Part shown: positions 59,806-64,000 of the stretch, piece by piece
How the letters are laid out: every line of letters begins with the position of its first letter
Numbering within the stretch: the stretch's first letter is position 1
Assembly (NCBI GenBank): GCA_040776945.1
Contig: JAXGZN010000001.1
Span: forward strand, 1,024,001 to 1,088,000
Origin: Methanomassiliicoccaceae archaeon
Lineage (GTDB): Archaea > Thermoplasmatota > Thermoplasmata > Methanomassiliicoccales > Methanomassiliicoccaceae
DNA length: 64,000 bases
Direction of reading: 5' to 3'
The notes under the pieces: model-generated
Databases searched by the model: none
Told to the model about the DNA's origin: nothing
What the model saw: only the letters and a program-made list of their open reading frames with translations
Translations under genes and position numbers: made by a program

Positions 59806-61944
59806 ATGAAAGCAAGTGACAAGGTACTGCGCGTGGCGGAAGCGCGCTCCAAGGAGGCGGGAAGGGGGATCGCCCGCATCGACTCCGCAGTGATGGACGC
59901 TCTCGGCATCACCGCCGGGGACGTGATAGAGCTGGAGGGCAAGAAAAGAACGGCCGCTCTGGCCTGGCCGGGTCTTCCCGAGGACACCAACAAGGGAATG
60001 GTCCGCATCGATGGCACGGTGAGGCGGAACGCTCAGGTGGGCATCGATGACAAGGTCGGCATTCGCAAGATCTCGGCCAAGGATGCCGTGAAGGTGACGG
60101 TAGCGCCGACCATGCCGCTGCGCATCGTCGGCGGGGAGAGGTATTTGCAGGACATGCTCGTGGGCCGCGTCCTGGTCAAGGGAGACATCGTCGAGGTCAA
60201 TACCCTGGAGGGCCGCATCGACCTGGTGGTGACGGCCGCGTCCCCGTCGGCGGACGCATTGCTGGTCAAGCGGACCACCGAGTTCGTGGTGAGCGAGAAG
60301 CCGGCCGGCGAGGTCCCGTCGGTGCCGAGAGTGTCCTACGAGGACATCGGAGGTCTGCGCGACGAGGTCAAGCGCGTCCGGGAGATGATCGAGCTGCCGC
60401 TCCGCCACCCCGAGGTGTTCGAGCGCCTGGGAGTGGAAGCGCCCAAGGGCGTGCTGCTGCACGGACCTCCGGGCACCGGAAAGACGCTCCTGGCCAGAGC
60501 TGTGGCCTCAGAGACCAACGCCAATTTCGTATCCATCGGAGGGCCGGAGATAATGTCCAAGTACCACGGCCAGTCGGAGGAGCAGCTGCGGGAGATCTTC
60601 AAGCAGGCCCAGGAGAACGCCCCGACCATCATGTTCATCGATGAGATCGACTCCATCGCCCCCAAGCGCGAGGAGGTCACCGGGGAGACCGAGAGGCGGG
60701 TGGTCGCGCAGCTCCTTTCTTTAATGGACGGTCTCAAGTCCAGGGGGAAGGTGGTGGTCATCGGAGCGACCAACAGGCCGGACGCTCTGGACCCCGCCCT
60801 TAGGAGGCCGGGGCGTTTCGACCGGGAGATCGAGATAGGCGTGCCCGACCGCGATGGAAGGCTGGAAATACTTCAGATCCACACTCGCGGAATGCCGCTG
60901 GCGGACGATGTCGAGCTGGAGCGGTACGCCGCCCTCACACATGGGTACGTCGGCGCGGACCTTTCGGCGCTGGCCAAGGAGGCGGCGATGATCTCGCTGC
61001 GCCGCGTCCTTCCGGACCTGGACCTTGAGGCCGATTCCATCCCCCGAGAGGTGCTGGAGAAGATAATCATAACCGACGACGACTTCCGTGCGGCGCTGAG
61101 GGAGATGCAGCCGTCCTCCATGCGGGAGGTGCTGGTGGAGCGCCCGGACGTCCACTGGAACGAGATCGGCGGACTGGAGGGGGCGAAGCGCGAACTCCGA
61201 GAGGCGGTGGAATGGCCGCTAAAGTATGGCCGCCTGTTCGAGCGCATGGGCGCAACGCCCCCCAAAGGGGTCCTCGTCCACGGCCCCCCAGGGACCGGGA
61301 AGACGATGCTGGCCAAGGCCGTGGCCACGGAGTCGGAGGCCAACTTCATCTCTATCAAAGGACCGGAGTTCCTCAGCAAGTGGGTCGGCGAGTCGGAGAA
61401 GGCGGTCCGCGAAACGTTCCGCAAGGCCAGGCAGGCCGCCCCTTGCGTGATATTCCTGGATGAGATCGACTCCATAGCTCCAGTAAGGGGCGGGGGCGAG
61501 GGGGACTCACACGTCACCGAGCGGGTGATATCTCAAATGCTCACCGAGATGGACGGGCTGGAAGGCCTAAGGGATGTGGTGGTGGTCGCGGCGACCAACA
61601 GGCTGGACATCATCGACCCGGCGCTCCTGCGTCCAGGGCGGTTCGATCGCCTGGTAGCGATACCGGAACCCGACCTCGAGGCTAGGAAGCAGATCTGGCG
61701 CATACACACTTCCAAGAAGCCCCTGGCCGAGGATGTCGACATCGATGAGCTGGCCAAGCGGACCGAGGGCTTCAGCGGAGCGGACATCGCCGCCGCGGCC
61801 AACGAGGCGGTCATGGCCACCATGCGCTCGATGATCGAGAGCGGCCAGGAGATCGCGGAGAAGGACATAGACGAGGCCAAGGTGCCGATGAGCGCCTTCC
61901 TCGAGGCGGCGGACAAGCTCGACCCGATCAAGAGGAGGTCATGA
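59806..61944 (+). CDS. CDC48/VAT-family AAA+ ATPase
   Basis: N-domain plus two AAA modules (GPPGTGKT twice, DEID twice, RPGRFDR twice). Confidence 0.95.
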   Translation: MKASDKVLRVAEARSKEAGRGIARIDSAVMDALGITAGDVIELEGKKRTAALAWPGLPEDTNKGMVRIDGTVRRNAQVGIDDKVGIRKISAKDAVKVTVAPTMPLRIVGGERYLQDMLVGRVLVKGDIVEVNTLEGRIDLVVTAASPSADALLVKRTTEFVVSEKPAGEVPSVPRVSYEDIGGLRDEVKRVREMIELPLRHPEVFERLGVEAPKGVLLHGPPGTGKTLLARAVASETNANFVSIGGPEIMSKYHGQSEEQLREIFKQAQENAPTIMFIDEIDSIAPKREEVTGETERRVVAQLLSLMDGLKSRGKVVVIGATNRPDALDPALRRPGRFDREIEIGVPDRDGRLEILQIHTRGMPLADDVELERYAALTHGYVGADLSALAKEAAMISLRRVLPDLDLEADSIPREVLEKIIITDDDFRAALREMQPSSMREVLVERPDVHWNEIGGLEGAKRELREAVEWPLKYGRLFERMGATPPKGVLVHGPPGTGKTMLAKAVATESEANFISIKGPEFLSKWVGESEKAVRETFRKARQAAPCVIFLDEIDSIAPVRGGGEGDSHVTERVISQMLTEMDGLEGLRDVVVVAATNRLDIIDPALLRPGRFDRLVAIPEPDLEARKQIWRIHTSKKPLAEDVDIDELAKRTEGFSGADIAAAANEAVMATMRSMIESGQEIAEKDIDEAKVPMSAFLEAADKLDPIKRRS

Positions 61945-62195
61945 GGGTCCGGCGCAGCCTAATGGTCCTTAAGGCCGCTAGAGGCGGCCTCGAAACCATT
62001 TCCGATCATCATTCTCTAACTTCAGGGCGCCTCGCCGGCAACCCTCATCTCGGGCCGTGAACGCCCGGCATATCAGGAGAGCGAGGCCCGGTCCCCGCCC
62101 CTGCCGAACGCACCATCCGCTCCACCATCCGCGCAAAGGTCCCAACAGGCGGAGATGTCCTAATGTTTATTAGACGAGGGAGAGGTACGGCAACC

Positions 62196-63224
62196 ATGGT
62201 CTGGAACTGTGCGCCCAGTGTTATCGGGTCGTTGCCGCACACCGACCCCGCGAGAGCGGTCGACCTCATAATTGACAGCCTGCGGACGATCCCCACGTGG
62301 CCGCAGCTGCCGAACCTGGGCTTCCGGGAGAACATGTACGCGCAATACGCCCGTTATCTGCCGGGAGCGCAGATCGACGAGGCGAGGAAGAAGATCAGGG
62401 TGGACCTCAGCAGCTACGATCCAGAGGACATCTACATGAGGATCGTCTCCGAGGACGTCGACTCCTTCTCCCTGCCGGAGGACAGCTTCGCCGGGTTCCA
62501 CGAGCTCATGTCCCGGGAGTTGCCGGGGAGCGTGAGAGCGATCAAGGGCCAGGTGACCGGGCCGCTTTCCATGGGCCTGCAGCTCACCGACCAGAACGAC
62601 CGGCCGGTGCTTTACGACGAAGCATATGCGGAGATCATCCGCAAGTGCCTGAACCTCATGGCCAGATGGCAGGAGCGGGAGCTTCTCAAGAAGTGCTCGA
62701 CGGCCATAACCTTCCTGGACGAGCCGTACCTGTCGATGATGGGCACGCCGTTCGCCAGCGTGTGCCCGGACGATGTCAGGACGTGGATCGCGGACGTGAA
62801 GGGCGGGCTGGAAGGCCTGACCGGCATCCACTGCTGCGCCAATACCGACTGGCCGTTCGTCATGTCCCTGGACATCGACTTCCTGTCGTTCGACGCCTAC
62901 GATTACGGGTACACCATGCTCCTATATCCCGAGGAAGTTCAGCGGTACCTCGAGGACGGCGGCTCCCTGGCCTGGGGCCTGGTGCCGAACAGCGAGGAGA
63001 AGCTGGGGAAGGAGAACGTGGACACCTTGGTCGCATCCATGGAGAGCATGCTTTCCTCCCTGGCCTCCAAGGGCGTGGACGCCGAGCTCCTGGCAAGGCA
63101 GAGCATCATCACCCCTCAGTGCGGCCTCAGCGGCCTGAGCGAGGATAGCGCCGGCCACGTGCTCCAACTGCTGACCGGCGTGTCCGACGCGCTGGCCGCC
63201 AAGCTCTCGCTGGAGCGGCCATGA
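62196..63224 (+). CDS. Core (methylcorrinoid-dependent) methionine synthase, MesB-like
   Basis: GSLPH, PTWPQLP...ENMYAQ, KGQVTGP, FLDEP, GIHCC, TPQCGL (Zn ligands H/C/C); single barrel with no folate-binding half. Confidence 0.75.
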   Translation: MVWNCAPSVIGSLPHTDPARAVDLIIDSLRTIPTWPQLPNLGFRENMYAQYARYLPGAQIDEARKKIRVDLSSYDPEDIYMRIVSEDVDSFSLPEDSFAGFHELMSRELPGSVRAIKGQVTGPLSMGLQLTDQNDRPVLYDEAYAEIIRKCLNLMARWQERELLKKCSTAITFLDEPYLSMMGTPFASVCPDDVRTWIADVKGGLEGLTGIHCCANTDWPFVMSLDIDFLSFDAYDYGYTMLLYPEEVQRYLEDGGSLAWGLVPNSEEKLGKENVDTLVASMESMLSSLASKGVDAELLARQSIITPQCGLSGLSEDSAGHVLQLLTGVSDALAAKLSLERP

Positions 63225-63970
63225 CCAGCATCATCGCGGTAGCGGGAAAGGGCGGCGTTGGGAAATCAACGCTCGCCGCGCTCCTCGTCCGTGAGCTCGC
63301 CTCTCGGTCCGGAAAGGTGGTTCTGGCGGTGGACGCGGACCCCAACTCCAATCTTGGAGAGAAACTGGGGGTCGAGGTGGAGAGGACCATCGGCGACCTG
63401 CGGGAGGACCTGCTGAAGCGCTCCGATGAGGTGACGGCCGGCGGCTCGAAACAGGAAGCGATGCAATACCAACTGCGCCTGGCAATGGTAGAGGGCCGGG
63501 ACTTCGACCTGCTGACCATGGGACGTTCCGAAGGCCGCGGGTGCTACTGCTACATCAACAACCTGCTCCGTACGTACCTGGACTCGATCATGAGCGACTA
63601 TCCGTACGTGGTCATCGACAACGAGGCGGGCATGGAGCACCTGTCCCGGCGGACCTGCCAGCGCATGGACGCGCTGATCATCGTCACCGATGCCACGAAG
63701 GTCGGCCTGATGACGGCGGGCAGGATACTCGCCCTGGCCAGGGAGATGGAGCTCGAGATAGGGTCGGCGGTCCTGGTGGTCAACCGGGTGAAGGGAGAGC
63801 TGCCGCGGCCGCTGAAGGACGCCATCCCTGAGGGCTTTGCGCGCGTCGCCCTGGTGCCCCACGACCAAGCGATCGAGGACCTCGCGTCGTCCGGGGGGCC
63901 GCTGACCTCGCTGCCCAGGAACAGCACGGCCGCGCAGGCGGTGCGCGAGCTGGCCGGCGAGCTGAGGTAG
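63221..63970 (+). CDS. cooC: CooC/AcsF nickel-insertion ATPase
   Basis: AGKGGVGKST, DADPNSNL, GRGCYC, DNEAGMEHLSR. Confidence 0.9.
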   Translation: MTSIIAVAGKGGVGKSTLAALLVRELASRSGKVVLAVDADPNSNLGEKLGVEVERTIGDLREDLLKRSDEVTAGGSKQEAMQYQLRLAMVEGRDFDLLTMGRSEGRGCYCYINNLLRTYLDSIMSDYPYVVIDNEAGMEHLSRRTCQRMDALIIVTDATKVGLMTAGRILALAREMELEIGSAVLVVNRVKGELPRPLKDAIPEGFARVALVPHDQAIEDLASSGGPLTSLPRNSTAAQAVRELAGELR

Positions 63971-64000
63971 CGCAGCGTTCTCCGCGGCCGTCCAGCTCTC

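Noticed and set aside
1-64000. CRISPR array, transposase or integrase
   Set aside because: No regularly spaced repeats or mobile-element proteins were seen, and I found no duplicate of the tRNA-Val 3' end.
1-64000. Pyrrolysine (in-frame TAG) read-through genes, expected in this lineage
   Set aside because: The TAG stops I checked (10970, 39244, 45162, 52038, 54923, 63970) fall at plausible protein ends, and the TAG upstream of tbp overlaps its TATA box.

Overview
GC-rich archaeal chromosomal segment, most consistent with a Methanomassiliicoccales/Thermoplasmatota methanogen. This placement rests on TBP, Csl4, Nob1, archaeal PEP carboxylase, methanogenesis marker 11 and a headless Fpo-like complex I operon without FpoF/FpoO. 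Most of the window is housekeeping. Scattered across 35.9-64 kb is a bacterial-type tetrahydrofolate C1 toolkit: folD, fhs, a split hdrA-like pair with mvhD-metV-metF, acsE, an AcsV-type corrinoid activator, a core MesB-like methionine synthase and cooC. The strongest unexplained signal is a Phe-rich 21-codon leader ORF directly upstream of the first aromatic amino acid biosynthesis gene. Its Phe codons form a U-tract and it lies within mutually exclusive RNA pairings, making it a candidate archaeal attenuator. Other highlights are a TBP gene with no canonical start for its first conserved strand, a 669-aa secreted protein with about 48 Cys and isopeptide-like repeats, a C/D-box-like RNA plus small ORF unit, and phased operator-like repeats before a carbonic anhydrase-regulator-PEPC unit. 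All calls come from reading motifs by eye; no database searches or folding programs were run.
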